Of a stretch of 64,000 nucleotides of DNA, positions 28,268 to 37,646 are shown piece by piece. A program made the position numbers and the translations under genes. The DNA is from an uncultured Eubacteriales bacterium. GTDB lineage: Bacteria; Bacillota; Clostridia; Oscillospirales; UBA644. Where the stretch lies: positions 25,536 to 89,535 of the forward strand of contig CAJLLT010000002.1 of assembly GCA_905207625.1 (NCBI GenBank), read 5' to 3'. The notes under the pieces are model-generated. The model searched no databases and was not told the DNA's origin. It saw only the letters and a program-made list of their open reading frames with translations. Each line of letters starts with the position of its first letter. Position 1 is the first letter of the stretch.

Positions 28268-29137
28268 TTATTCCTGATTTTCTTTATATTTCTGCTCAAA
28301 TCCGTTGCCGAGTATCTCGCTTGCCTCTCCCACGATAACAAAAGCTTTTTCATCGGTCTGCCGGACAATATTCTTGATCCTGAAAAGCTCCTGTTTGCGG
28401 ACCACGACCATTATCATCCGTTTCTTTTCCCCGGTGTATGCGCCTTCGGAATCAAGATACGTCACACCGCGCTGGATGTCCTTCATTATCCTGTCCGCTA
28501 TCTGCTCATGCTGAGCGGATATTATATATACAAGTTTTCCCTTATCGGGACCGGTAAGGATAAGGTCTATGACCTGTGTACTGACGAATATCTGTATAAG
28601 TGCGAAAAAGATGGTGTTCGCGGTACGGAAGGCAATGAACGCCGCCGCAACGACAAAAATATCGATCAGTGCGATCATCGTACCGTAGGATACCCAGGGC
28701 ATCTTCGGTCCGAGAAGTTTTGCAAGCAGGTCGCTTCCCCCGGTAGCCATACCGCGCAGGTATATGATCCCGAGCCCCAGTCCGGACAGAAGCCCGCCGA
28801 AAAGCGCCGCCAGAAGAGGCTCATCGGTATACTGCGGAAGGAACAGAGCCCCGATATCCACAAATACGGAAGACGCCAGGGTGGCAATACCGGTACGGAT
28901 AAAGGGTTTTATCCCCTGTTTAATGAACGCGGCTATGAAAAGGGGAATATTGATAATGATTATCAGGGTACCTATAGGGATATGGGTAAATGAATTTATA
29001 ACTATGGAAAGACCCGAAGCTCCCCCCGAAATTATCCGGTTCGGAGAAAGAAAGGTATCAATTGCGACCGCGTAAATACAGCTTCCCACAAACAGGAACA
29101 GCGCGTCAATAATGTACGGACGGATCTTTTTCTTCAT
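28268..29137 (-). CDS. YitT family membrane protein (DUF2179 C-terminal domain)
   Basis: 289 aa. The N-terminus reads IIDALFLFVGSCIYAVAIDTFLSPNRIISGGASGLSIV. The C-terminal domain is soluble. Confidence 0.8.
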   Translation of the reverse strand: MKKKIRPYIIDALFLFVGSCIYAVAIDTFLSPNRIISGGASGLSIVINSFTHIPIGTLIIIINIPLFIAAFIKQGIKPFIRTGIATLASSVFVDIGALFLPQYTDEPLLAALFGGLLSGLGLGIIYLRGMATGGSDLLAKLLGPKMPWVSYGTMIALIDIFVVAAAFIAFRTANTIFFALIQIFVSTQVIDLILTGPDKGKLVYIISAQHEQIADRIMKDIQRGVTYLDSEGAYTGEKKRMIMVVVRKQELFRIKNIVRQTDEKAFVIVGEASEILGNGFEQKYKENQE

Positions 29138-29153
29138 ATTCTCACCCCACTGT

Positions 29154-29558
29154 TTATTCGGCAGGCTCTTCGGTTATTATGTCAAAAAGCTGCTGCAGAC
29201 GCCGGGTTTTGCCGCAAAGATACAGATACCCGAAAAGAGCCTCAAGCCCCGTGGCACGTTTGTACTCATCCACAGTGTTGTGGCGGTTATGGCTGGAATG
29301 GGCGTTTCTGCCCCGCCTGAACACAGCCTGTTCGTCCTCCGTCAGAAGGGACTCGATTTTTCCCAGAGCAACGCACTGACCGCCGGCGCTGACATACTTC
29401 TGAGCCGCATTGTGAAGCTTCCCGTTGGAACGGTTGGCTTGCAATAACAGTTTTTCCCGAATCATGAGTTCATATACCCCGTCCCCCACATAAGCAAGGG
29501 AAAGCGGCGCGTACACTGCCGCCTCGCGCTCAGAAACCGGATTCGAATTATTCAGCAC
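29154..29558 (-). CDS. mrnC: mini-ribonuclease 3
   Basis: LAYVGDGVYELMIREKLL and EALFGYLYL motifs. 134 aa. Confidence 0.85.
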   Translation of the reverse strand: MLNNSNPVSEREAAVYAPLSLAYVGDGVYELMIREKLLLQANRSNGKLHNAAQKYVSAGGQCVALGKIESLLTEDEQAVFRRGRNAHSSHNRHNTVDEYKRATGLEALFGYLYLCGKTRRLQQLFDIITEEPAE

Positions 29559-30157
29559 TGCAAAGTCCTCCGGTTTTCGATAGCCTTTGAAAGGGTAAGT
29601 TCATCGGTATATTCAAGTTCTCCGCCCACGGGGATCCCGAAAGCGAGCCGGGAAACACTCACGCCTATGGGAGTAAGGAGTTTTGCTATATACAGAGCCG
29701 TGGTATCTCCCTCAACCGTCGGGTCCGTGGCAACAATGACCTCTTTGACCTGACCGGAGGAAAGTCTCGTCACAAGTTCCTTGAGAGGAAGGTCCGCCGG
29801 ACCTATATTGTCCATGGGAGAGATCAGTCCGTAGAGGACATGATACAGTCCCTTGTATTCCCTGGTCTTTTCCACCGCCATAACATCGGAGGGATTTTCA
29901 ACAACGCATATAACGCTCTTGTCCCGTTTCTCATCCTGGCATACCGGGCAGACAGGCTTATCGGTAAGATTCTGGCATATCGGGCAACGGTGTATCATCT
30001 GCCTTGCCCGTATTATGCTGTCGGCAAAATCCTTTGCCTGCTGTTCGGGGACGTTCAGCAAATGAAGAGCCAGCCGCTGTGCCGTCTTGGGTCCTATACC
30101 CGGAAGTCTCCGGAAGCCCTCCGTCAACTCGTCAAGGGCGTTTATCCTGTACGCCAT
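29552..30157 (-). CDS. recR: recombination protein RecR
   Basis: LPGIGPKTAQRLA (HhH), a CxxC...CxxC zinc finger and a Toprim domain. 201 aa. Confidence 0.95.
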   Translation of the reverse strand: MAYRINALDELTEGFRRLPGIGPKTAQRLALHLLNVPEQQAKDFADSIIRARQMIHRCPICQNLTDKPVCPVCQDEKRDKSVICVVENPSDVMAVEKTREYKGLYHVLYGLISPMDNIGPADLPLKELVTRLSSGQVKEVIVATDPTVEGDTTALYIAKLLTPIGVSVSRLAFGIPVGGELEYTDELTLSKAIENRRTLQC

Positions 30158-30172
30158 CTGCGTTTATTCTCC

Positions 30173-30520
30173 TCACACCAGGCCGGGAATATTCGGAAGG
30201 GAACCGGTGATTTTTGACATTTCGTCATCAGATTCCGCCTTTGCCTTGGCCATAGCTTCATTAATCGCGGCAATTATCATATCCTGGAGCATTTCTATAT
30301 CCTCCGGCTGATCGGAGACCGCTTCGGGAGCGATTGTCAGGGACTTGACCTGCTTATCCCCCTGGACCGTGACTTTGACCATTCCGCCTCCGGCGGAAGC
30401 CTCATATTCGGTAGCCTCCAGTTCCTCCTGGCGGCGCATTATCTCTTCCTGAGCCTTCTGAAGTTGTCTGAGCATATCCTGACGGCTGGAACCGCCCTGA
30501 TTGGGTATTCTTACTTTCAT
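30173..30520 (-). CDS. ybaB: nucleoid-associated protein YbaB/EbfC
   Basis: 115 aa with MLRQLQKAQEEI...GGGMVKVTV. It sits in the canonical position between dnaX and recR. Confidence 0.9.
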   Translation of the reverse strand: MKVRIPNQGGSSRQDMLRQLQKAQEEIMRRQEELEATEYEASAGGGMVKVTVQGDKQVKSLTIAPEAVSDQPEDIEMLQDMIIAAINEAMAKAKAESDDEMSKITGSLPNIPGLV

Positions 30521-30544
30521 TTTCTGTCCTCCTGAATCGGTATA

Positions 30545-32278
30545 TCACTGTTCAAAATCAAAATACGCATTCTGTGAAGCGGTGAAAGGGTCAGCTCCGG
30601 ACACAAACTTTGAAGCGTCCGTGCCATTCTCATAGCTCACCGTATATCCGTTGCGCCGGCAATCAGCCAGAGCGGATTTAAGGGTTTCCCTCGCGGAAGC
30701 GGAGGTAACGTCGGAGTAGTACTCCGGGTCGCACAGGACCTTTATCTCATGTCCGCGCCATATGGCATTGCAGTTATTGCGTAAAGTCATGGCAAGGAAC
30801 ATATCGTATTTTTCAGCCGCGTACGCAACGTCAGCCCAAAGTCCCATTTCCTGCCACTCCTCACCGGCTTCCGCAACGGAAGCTCCTCCGGCTGCACCGG
30901 TCCGGGTTACGGGCTTCGGTGCCGGGACAGGGACGGTTTTCTCGGGCACAACGTCGGGGGCTTCGGAATAATCCACGGGGTTATCCTCTTCCGGCTCTTC
31001 AAAATCCGGCTCGGGCTCCGGTTTTTTCTCCGGAGTCTTTACTTTTTCCGTGGAGGAAAAGGATTGGACCGAAGTTTCGCCCGTTACCGGACGGGAACGG
31101 GAAACGGAGGCCTTTCCGGAGGTTCCGGCGGAGACAAAGGTTCCCTGACTGACAGCCTTTTCAAGGGCATCAATCCTCGCCGCAAGCGCCTTCACATCCC
31201 CGTCAAGTGACGGACGTGAAGCCTTGAGCATACATATTTCAACTTCGGCTCTTTTGTCCGGACTGCGGGAAAGTGACTGAAGAGTCGAAGCAAAAAGCTC
31301 GGAACAATATATAAGCCGGGGAACAGTATACCCCTCGGCAAGTCCGGCAAGGACGGATATATCCTCATCACTGCGGTCCAGAGTCGTTCTGTAATTGGTG
31401 GTGGTCTTTACCACTGTCAGTTCCCGGAAAACTCCGAGCATCTCACGGCAGAGAACGGAAAGATCCTTTGACTGAGTATACATATCCGAAACATACCGGA
31501 ACACCGCATCGGTGTCGGCGGAGGATATCGCCTGTGCGAGGGCGTAGAGGGTCTTCCTACCCGTAACTCCGAGTATCTTCTCCGTATCCTCCGAGCCGTC
31601 CGCCTCAAGGACCTTATCCAGCAATGACAAGGCATCCCTCATTGATCCGTCCGCAAGTTCAGCCACCAGATTCACGGTCTCATCCGGCAGAGACCTGTCT
31701 TCCTTCTGAAGGACCTGTTTTATCCGCGCGGATATCTGGGCTATTGTAAGCCGGAAAAAATCAAACCTCTGACAACGGGAAAGTATGGTTGCGGGGACTT
31801 TGTGAGACTCCGTCGTGGCAAGGATAAAAACGGCATGCCCCGGAGGCTCCTCCAGAGTCTTCAGAAGGGCATTGAACGCCCCCTGGGAAAGCATATGGAC
31901 CTCGTCTATGATATAAACCTTGTATTTCGCGTTTACCGGAGTGAAAACAATTTCATCCCGGATCTGACGTACGGAATCCACACCGTTGTTGCTTGCGGCA
32001 TCTATTTCAATAATATCAAAAATACTTCCGTCAAGTATTCCCCGGCAGATCTCACATTCGTTGCAGGGTTCTCCGTTGACGGGGTGAAGACAGTTTATTG
32101 CCCGGGCAAGAATTTTGGCACAGCTGGTCTTCCCTGTTCCGCGTGTTCCGCAGAAGAGATAAGCGTGGGAAAACTGCCCGGTGGCGACCTGCTTTGCAAG
32201 TGTCCGGGTTATATGCTCCTGTCCGGTCACGTCCGAAAAGGTCTTCGGTCTGTATTTTCTGTAAAGAGCCTGATACAA
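30545..32278 (-). CDS. dnaX: DNA polymerase III subunit gamma/tau
   Basis: MYQALYRKYRPKTFSDVTGQEH...GTRGTGKTS, with a zinc module CNECEIC and IIDEVHML. Confidence 0.95.
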   Translation of the reverse strand: MYQALYRKYRPKTFSDVTGQEHITRTLAKQVATGQFSHAYLFCGTRGTGKTSCAKILARAINCLHPVNGEPCNECEICRGILDGSIFDIIEIDAASNNGVDSVRQIRDEIVFTPVNAKYKVYIIDEVHMLSQGAFNALLKTLEEPPGHAVFILATTESHKVPATILSRCQRFDFFRLTIAQISARIKQVLQKEDRSLPDETVNLVAELADGSMRDALSLLDKVLEADGSEDTEKILGVTGRKTLYALAQAISSADTDAVFRYVSDMYTQSKDLSVLCREMLGVFRELTVVKTTTNYRTTLDRSDEDISVLAGLAEGYTVPRLIYCSELFASTLQSLSRSPDKRAEVEICMLKASRPSLDGDVKALAARIDALEKAVSQGTFVSAGTSGKASVSRSRPVTGETSVQSFSSTEKVKTPEKKPEPEPDFEEPEEDNPVDYSEAPDVVPEKTVPVPAPKPVTRTGAAGGASVAEAGEEWQEMGLWADVAYAAEKYDMFLAMTLRNNCNAIWRGHEIKVLCDPEYYSDVTSASARETLKSALADCRRNGYTVSYENGTDASKFVSGADPFTASQNAYFDFEQ

Positions 32279-32296
32279 AAGCAGGACCTCCCCGGT

Positions 32297-32407
32297 AAAA
32301 AATAGCAGAGTACGGGTTACTTACTGTACACCTTAACTGTGCGTAATGCTGCTCGGTTCCCCGCCTGACATGGTTGGCACGTAAAGTCACGCAAGACCCG
32401 TACTCTA
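32297..32407 (-). ncRNA. ffs: signal recognition particle RNA, short (4.5S-like) form
   Basis: The minus strand contains CCATGTCAGGCGGGGAACCGAGCAGC (E. coli: CCAGGUCAGGUCCGGAAGGAAGCAGC). The closing helix is AGAGTACGGGT...ACCCGTACTCT. It has its own TTGATT-17-TATAAT promoter (plus 32414-32442) and a T-run. It sits in the canonical position upstream of dnaX. Confidence 0.85.
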
Positions 32408-32470
32408 CGGAATATTATACACTATTTCTCGGATAAAATCAAGGGGTCTTCACAAAATATTTCCGTTTAT

Positions 32471-32658
32471 TTGACTTTTTGCTCAGAATATGGTACAATA
32501 GCCGCGGCAAGTCCTGTTCCGCAGGTCTCAGCTGACCCGTCATCAGTCCCCTAATTCCGGGTATTTCTGACGGAGCGGTAAAAGTATCATGGTAGACGGG
32601 TCTTTTGCTTCGCCGTACATACACAAACGAAATATATCCCGAACGGAGAACTTATATT
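32471..32658 (+). promoter_or_regulatory. promoter plus ~150-nt structured leader with terminator-like stem upstream of the rsuA-like gene
   Basis: TTGACT (32471-32476), a 17-nt spacer, then TACAAT (32494-32499). GACCCGTC (32534-32541) can pair with GACGGGTC (32595-32602), which is followed by TTTTGCTT. An alternative pairing joins CCGTCA(32537-32542)...G(32546) with CTGACGG (32577-32583). I recognise no known riboswitch class here. Confidence 0.45.
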
Positions 32659-33336
32659 TTGAAAAGACTGGATTTTATTCTTGCCAACCGGGGAGCCGGA
32701 AGCCGCTCTCAGGTCAGGGGGCTCATACGCCGGGGACACGTCTGCGTTGACGGAGTCACAGTCAAAGACCCATCGGCGCAGTTCGAACCGGACGTGCCCG
32801 TAACCGTTGACGGAAAAGCAGTAAGTCCGGAAATGACGGTCTACTGCGTGATGAATAAACCCGGAGGGTATGTCTGCGCCGCGGATACCGAAGATTCTGT
32901 TCTTAAACTTATTCCTCCGGAATTGTACCGTAAGGATCTTTTCACCGTCGGAAGACTCGACAAGGACACAACGGGGCTCCTCATAATTACCAATGACGGG
33001 GACTTCTCCCACTGCGTGACCTCTCCGAAAAAGAAAACCGAAAAAACCTACAGGGCGACCCTTACCCGCCGGGTGACTCAGCAGGACGTTGACCGCTTTG
33101 CCGAAGGCATCCCGCCCTTCGCCCCCGCAAAACTCATTCCCGGGGAGGGACTTACCGCCGCCGTCACAGTCACCGAAGGACAATTTCATGAGGTCAAACG
33201 CCTTTTCGCCGCTACGGGAAACGAAGTGACAGCTCTCCACCGTCTTAGTATCGGAGAGTTTCAGCTTCCGGAAGATCTTGCTCCGGGGCAGGTCCGGGCT
33301 TTGACGGAGGAAGAAAAGACTTCTATACTGAAATAA
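32659..33336 (+). CDS. pseudouridine synthase, RsuA/RluB family (S4 domain + catalytic domain)
   Basis: The S4-like N-terminus is KRLDFILANRGAGSRSQVRGLIRRGHVCVDG. The catalytic motif is GRLDKDTTGLLIITNDG. I chose the TTG at 32659 because a GGAGAA SD lies 8 nt upstream of it. The track start (TTG at 32605) lies inside the leader terminator. Confidence 0.85.
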   Translation: MKRLDFILANRGAGSRSQVRGLIRRGHVCVDGVTVKDPSAQFEPDVPVTVDGKAVSPEMTVYCVMNKPGGYVCAADTEDSVLKLIPPELYRKDLFTVGRLDKDTTGLLIITNDGDFSHCVTSPKKKTEKTYRATLTRRVTQQDVDRFAEGIPPFAPAKLIPGEGLTAAVTVTEGQFHEVKRLFAATGNEVTALHRLSIGEFQLPEDLAPGQVRALTEEEKTSILK

Positions 33337-33445
33337 ACCCGGGAATATTGTAATATTACAAAAATGCGTCAATATATTGACATTTATTTGCCCATATGCT
33401 AATATATATGCAGTAAACAAAATTCAATTTCAAGGAGTAATCACC

Positions 33446-33781
33446 ATGCAGAAAATGATCAGCGCTTACAAGGAATTCTGGAGCAGATACGTGGATTTTG
33501 AAGGCAAGACCTCCCGGGGCAATTTCTGGTGGGCTTTTCTTGCGGGCATTATCGTATCATTCATCATCGGAATCGTAGCGAGTATTCTCGGATTGATCCT
33601 CCCGATTCTTTCCACCCTGATAACCTCTCTGTTCTCCCTCGCCAATCTCATTCCCTCAATTGCGATAGTGATGAGAAGACTCCGTGACGCAGGTTACGCA
33701 TGGTACAATATTTTCTGGGTCCTGCTTCCCATTGCAGGCGAAATAATCCTTATAGTCCTTCTGGCAAAGGAACACAAATAA
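33446..33781 (+). CDS. DUF805 family membrane protein
   Basis: YVDFEGKTSRGNFWWAFL...MRRLRDAG. I took the start at MQKMISAYKEFW, which has an AAGGAG SD. Confidence 0.8.
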   Translation: MQKMISAYKEFWSRYVDFEGKTSRGNFWWAFLAGIIVSFIIGIVASILGLILPILSTLITSLFSLANLIPSIAIVMRRLRDAGYAWYNIFWVLLPIAGEIILIVLLAKEHK

Positions 33782-33876
33782 GCCTCAGTTAAGCGAAAAC
33801 TTATCCCGATAATAATTACATAGGGAGCAATGCTAAGCATCGCTCCCTTGATTTATCTGGAATAAAGACCGGAATA

Positions 33877-34806
33877 TCACGTGACCGGAGAATCATCTTT
33901 CCCTTTTCCGGAATTGCCGAAAAGCTTTTCAACGGGTAACTGCGCAACGATTATTGCCGCAAACATTATCACACATCCGAGTATTTCCCTGCCGGAAAGC
34001 TTTTGTCCGAGGATCATCCAACCGAAAACCGCGGCGAACACGGATTCCAGGCTCATCAGCAGGCTTGCCACGGATGGCTGGACGTATTTCTGTCCGATTA
34101 TCTGTAAAGTATATCCCACGCCTCCGGAAAATACTCCGGCATAGAGTATCGGTATCATACAACTCCGTATTGCCGTGACATCAGGCTTTTCAAACACAAG
34201 CATAAGCACAAAGGCAACGGCGGAGCAGACAAAGAACTGTATACAGGAAAGCCTCACGCCGTCAAGCTCCGGAGAAACCCTGTCAATGTACAGAATATGG
34301 AAACTGAAACTAAAGGCACAGGCAAGGGTCAGCAGATCGCCTTTTCCGACTGAAAGCCCCTCGTTTATACAAAGGAAATACATTCCCACAACGGCAGCAG
34401 CGGCAGCTACCCAGACCGCAGGGGAGGGCTTCCTGCGCAAAAGCACTGCGATAATCGGAACAAAGATTATATACAGCGCGGTAATGAATCCAGATTTCCC
34501 GGTAGTTGTGTAACTTATTCCGATCTGCTGAAAAGCGCTGGCAACAAACAGCAATACGCCGCAGATACATCCGCTTACGAGAAGTTTTTTCCGTTCTGTT
34601 TTCCCCTTGGGCCGATTATGGGACACCTTTCTGACATCACAGATCTTTATTACCGGAAGCAGCACCAGTCCGGACAGAAGATACCTTGCCCACAGCATTG
34701 TAAAAGCCCCTATATGCTGCGCACCTTCGCTCTGAGCCACAAACCCTGCGCCCCAGACCATGGCAGTCAGCAGAAGGAGCAGACTTCCCACAAGTTGTTT
34801 TTTCAT
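33877..34806 (-). CDS. DMT superfamily (EamA-like) transporter
   Basis: 309 aa with about 10 TM helices in two EamA-like repeats. Confidence 0.8.
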   Translation of the reverse strand: MKKQLVGSLLLLLTAMVWGAGFVAQSEGAQHIGAFTMLWARYLLSGLVLLPVIKICDVRKVSHNRPKGKTERKKLLVSGCICGVLLFVASAFQQIGISYTTTGKSGFITALYIIFVPIIAVLLRRKPSPAVWVAAAAAVVGMYFLCINEGLSVGKGDLLTLACAFSFSFHILYIDRVSPELDGVRLSCIQFFVCSAVAFVLMLVFEKPDVTAIRSCMIPILYAGVFSGGVGYTLQIIGQKYVQPSVASLLMSLESVFAAVFGWMILGQKLSGREILGCVIMFAAIIVAQLPVEKLFGNSGKGKDDSPVT

Positions 34807-34939
34807 ATATCCCCCTCAATTCTTCACATTCCGGGAATCTACGGATACCTTCCGGACAATCCGGGAACGGTTTATATCTGTAAGCCTTGCGGTGCAGTCC
34901 CGTATCAGGGGCTGCACCGCAAGATATAACGGGATATTC

Positions 34940-35674
34940 TCAACCGGCACGGAACCGGGAAAGAAAATCCTTTGTTTCCTGTTTCTGCGGATTGCCGAAT
35001 ATTTCGGCGGGACTTCCCTGCTCGCAGATAACGCCTTTGTTCATGTAAATGACCCTGTTGCTCACATCCCTGGCAAAAGCCATCTCGTGAGTAACAACAA
35101 GCATCGTCATACCGTCGTTGGCAAGCAACTGCATAACGTTCAGTACTTCCCCCACCATTTCCGGGTCAAGGGCGGAAGTGGGCTCGTCAAACAGCAGGAC
35201 CTCGGGCTCCATGGCAAGGGCACGGGCTATTGCAACCCTCTGTTTCTGTCCGCCGGATATCTGAGAAGGTCTGGCGTTGATATAGGGCGTCATGCCGACC
35301 TTGTCAAGGTAATGAAGAGCTCGTTTTTCAGCCTCTGCCTTATCCACACCCAGAACCTTCCGGGTACCGACGGTGCAATTGGCGAGAACTGTCATATTGT
35401 TGAAAAGATTGAATGACTGGAAGACCATCCCGACCTTCGTGCGGTACTCGGTCAGCTTTATTTCTCTTCCGAGAACGCTCTTACCGTGAAAAAGTATATC
35501 TCCCGAAGTAGGTGTTTCTAGAAGATTCACGCAGCGCAGCATCGTGCTTTTGCCCGAACCGGAAGAACCGATTATGCTTATGACCTCGCCCTTTTCCACG
35601 GAAAATGAAATGTCCTTGAGAACCTCATTGGTTCCGAAACTCTTCCTGAGGTGGTTTATTTCAATTATACTCAT
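34940..35674 (-). CDS. amino acid ABC transporter ATP-binding protein
   Basis: Walker [10 protein letters not shown], signature [14 protein letters not shown], Walker [12 protein letters not shown]. The protein is GlnQ/ArtP-like. Confidence 0.92.
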   Translation of the reverse strand: MSIIEINHLRKSFGTNEVLKDISFSVEKGEVISIIGSSGSGKSTMLRCVNLLETPTSGDILFHGKSVLGREIKLTEYRTKVGMVFQSFNLFNNMTVLANCTVGTRKVLGVDKAEAEKRALHYLDKVGMTPYINARPSQISGGQKQRVAIARALAMEPEVLLFDEPTSALDPEMVGEVLNVMQLLANDGMTMLVVTHEMAFARDVSNRVIYMNKGVICEQGSPAEIFGNPQKQETKDFLSRFRAG

Positions 35675-36437
35675 TTTCTTTTTCCACCTTTACTTTAATT
35701 TCGGCGTCGGGGTCGGACTGGGAGCCGAAAACAACATAATTTTCGTTTCCGTCCATCTTTCTCTCAAGAAGTCTGAGCAACCGTGTCACGGTAAAGGTCA
35801 GCACAAAGTAGATAGCCGCACAAATAACATAAGCGGGGATAAACTTTGCGTACGCACCGCCGGCACTGTTGGACATGAACATAAGTTCCGCTATGGAAAT
35901 AACGCTCAGCACAGAGCTGTCTTTTATATTGACAACGAACTCATTGCCGATAGAGGGCATTATATTTCTTATGGCCTGGGGCAATACGACATATATCATG
36001 GTCTGGAAGTGCGACATGCCTATGGCATGCGCACCCTCAAACTGCCCCTTGTCAATGGAAATTATTCCTCCGCGGACTATTTCAGCCATATATGCGCCGG
36101 TATTCACGGAAATAATGATAATTGCGGAAAGCAGCGGCGGAACCCGCAGCGGGACAAACAGGCTGTAATGGATTATGAGAGCCTGAACCATCATAGGCGT
36201 TCCGCGAATCACTTCCACATAGACCGAAAGGATGAAGTTGACGACCTTCAGGAGGACCTTTTTGAATCCGGAATCCGAAGGAGAAACGGGGATGACACGG
36301 ACCAGGGACACAAGCAGACCTATTATAAAACCGGCCACAGTGCCTACGATCGCCATTATCAGGGTATAACCCGTTCCCCGCAGAAACGAGGGTCCGTATT
36401 CGGACAGAATTTTGATTATCCAGTCAAAAAAGCTCAT
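35661..36437 (-). CDS. amino acid ABC transporter permease (His/Glu/Gln/Arg/opine family)
   Basis: 258 aa and polytopic, with an EAA-like loop ([28 protein letters not shown]). Confidence 0.88.
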   Translation of the reverse strand: MSFFDWIIKILSEYGPSFLRGTGYTLIMAIVGTVAGFIIGLLVSLVRVIPVSPSDSGFKKVLLKVVNFILSVYVEVIRGTPMMVQALIIHYSLFVPLRVPPLLSAIIIISVNTGAYMAEIVRGGIISIDKGQFEGAHAIGMSHFQTMIYVVLPQAIRNIMPSIGNEFVVNIKDSSVLSVISIAELMFMSNSAGGAYAKFIPAYVICAAIYFVLTFTVTRLLRLLERKMDGNENYVVFGSQSDPDAEIKVKVEKENEYN

Positions 36438-36444
36438 TTTTCAA

Positions 36445-37284
36445 TTATTCCTCTGCAGGCTGACGGGCAATAGCCGCATCCATCATTGCTTCTTTCTGGG
36501 CAGTGGTAAGAGTGGAAAGAATACGGTTGAGTTCTTCCGCAAGGGAGCTTCCCTTTCTTATACCAATGGAGATGGAGGACTCGGCAGGATCGCAGACAAA
36601 GCCGTTGCCTTTTTCAAATTCAATATAGGTAAACTCTGGATTGGATGCCACAGCGGAAACAGCTCCGGGTTTCTCGCAGACATAACCGTCAACCGCACCG
36701 CTTTTCAGAGACTGCATAAGGGCGGCAAAGGTCTCAAGTGCCGTCTGCTTGTTAACACCTTTTATCTGGTCGATAACGTCATAGTGGAAGGTGTTGTGCT
36801 GTCCGGTGATTTTTGCTCCGGAAAAATCGGAAATGCTGGTTGCGGAAGTGTACGCGCCGTCTTTTCTGACCACCATTACAAGGTTGCTGTCAAAATAGGT
36901 ATCGGTGAAGTCAATGCTGAGTTTTCTGCCCTCGGTGGGGCTCATTCCGGCAATGATCATATCTATCTGACCGCTTTCAAGCGCGGTGAGAAGTCCTTCC
37001 CATTTGATAGCCTGGATCTCAAGTTCGACGCCGAGTTGCTCGGCGACGAGACGGGCGATCTGGACATCATATCCGTCCGCATAGAGTCCGGAGGTATTCT
37101 TCACGGTATACTCATTTGCTGTAGGCTGAGCCCAGTTGTAGGGAGCATAAGTACATTCCATACCCACAACGATCTTACCCTTGGATCTGACGTTCTCCAG
37201 GTCTTTGCCTGCGTCTATTTTTGAGCAGGAACAAAGGGCGAAAACGGTAAGGAGTGCCAGTACCAGTGCAAAAAACTTTTTCAT
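36445..37284 (-). CDS. amino acid ABC transporter substrate-binding lipoprotein (probably lysine/basic amino acid)
   Basis: MKKFFALVLALLTVFALCSCS is a lipobox signal. The rest looks like SBP family 3. It is the first gene behind a lysine riboswitch. The track ORF extends to 37323. Confidence 0.8.
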   Translation of the reverse strand: MKKFFALVLALLTVFALCSCSKIDAGKDLENVRSKGKIVVGMECTYAPYNWAQPTANEYTVKNTSGLYADGYDVQIARLVAEQLGVELEIQAIKWEGLLTALESGQIDMIIAGMSPTEGRKLSIDFTDTYFDSNLVMVVRKDGAYTSATSISDFSGAKITGQHNTFHYDVIDQIKGVNKQTALETFAALMQSLKSGAVDGYVCEKPGAVSAVASNPEFTYIEFEKGNGFVCDPAESSISIGIRKGSSLAEELNRILSTLTTAQKEAMMDAAIARQPAEE

Positions 37285-37334
37285 CTTGATCTGCCTTTCC
37301 GACCCTCTCTCAGGGGTCAACAAAAATTTTTACA

Positions 37335-37589
37335 AAATGAAAAGAACCGCTTGATAAAGCGGTTCCGGATATCCTGTAAAAAGCCCCTTGCAGGGACAGA
37401 ATCAAGACTACGATAGCGCTTCACAAGTTCATTGTGACAGTCCGGCGGGTATTCCCCGACGGCCCAGCCGACATATCCCGGGCGGAACATATCGCTTCGG
37501 CGGCAGACCCTTTCTCCGACGGCAATTGCCCACAACTCGACGGATACTGATGAATGTCGCGCCTCTACCTCAAGCTATTCAGTTCATTT
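37335..37589 (-). promoter_or_regulatory. lysine riboswitch (L-box) with terminator; promoter at 37596-37624
   Basis: The minus strand reads GGTAGAGGCGCGA..CAGTA..GTCGGAGAAAGGG..GCCGCCGAAGCG..GGCTGGG..GGACTGTCACAA. This matches the conserved L-box blocks seen in the B. subtilis lysC leader (AGAGGTGCGA, AGTA, GGAGAAAG, GTCGCCGAAGC, GCTGG, CTGTCA). The terminator is GAACCGCTTtatcAAGCGGTTCTTTTCATTTT. The promoter is TTGACA-17-TATAAT. Confidence 0.88.
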
Positions 37590-37646
37590 GCATGCATTAT
37601 ACCATACCGGAAATGCTTTGTCAAGGACTTACGATTTGTTTTACAT

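Noticed and set aside
33337-33445. The 10-bp palindrome GTAATATTAC upstream of the DUF805 gene, considered as an operator.
   Set aside because: It is short and AT-rich, so it is expected by chance. A plain TTGACA-17-TAATAT promoter explains the region.
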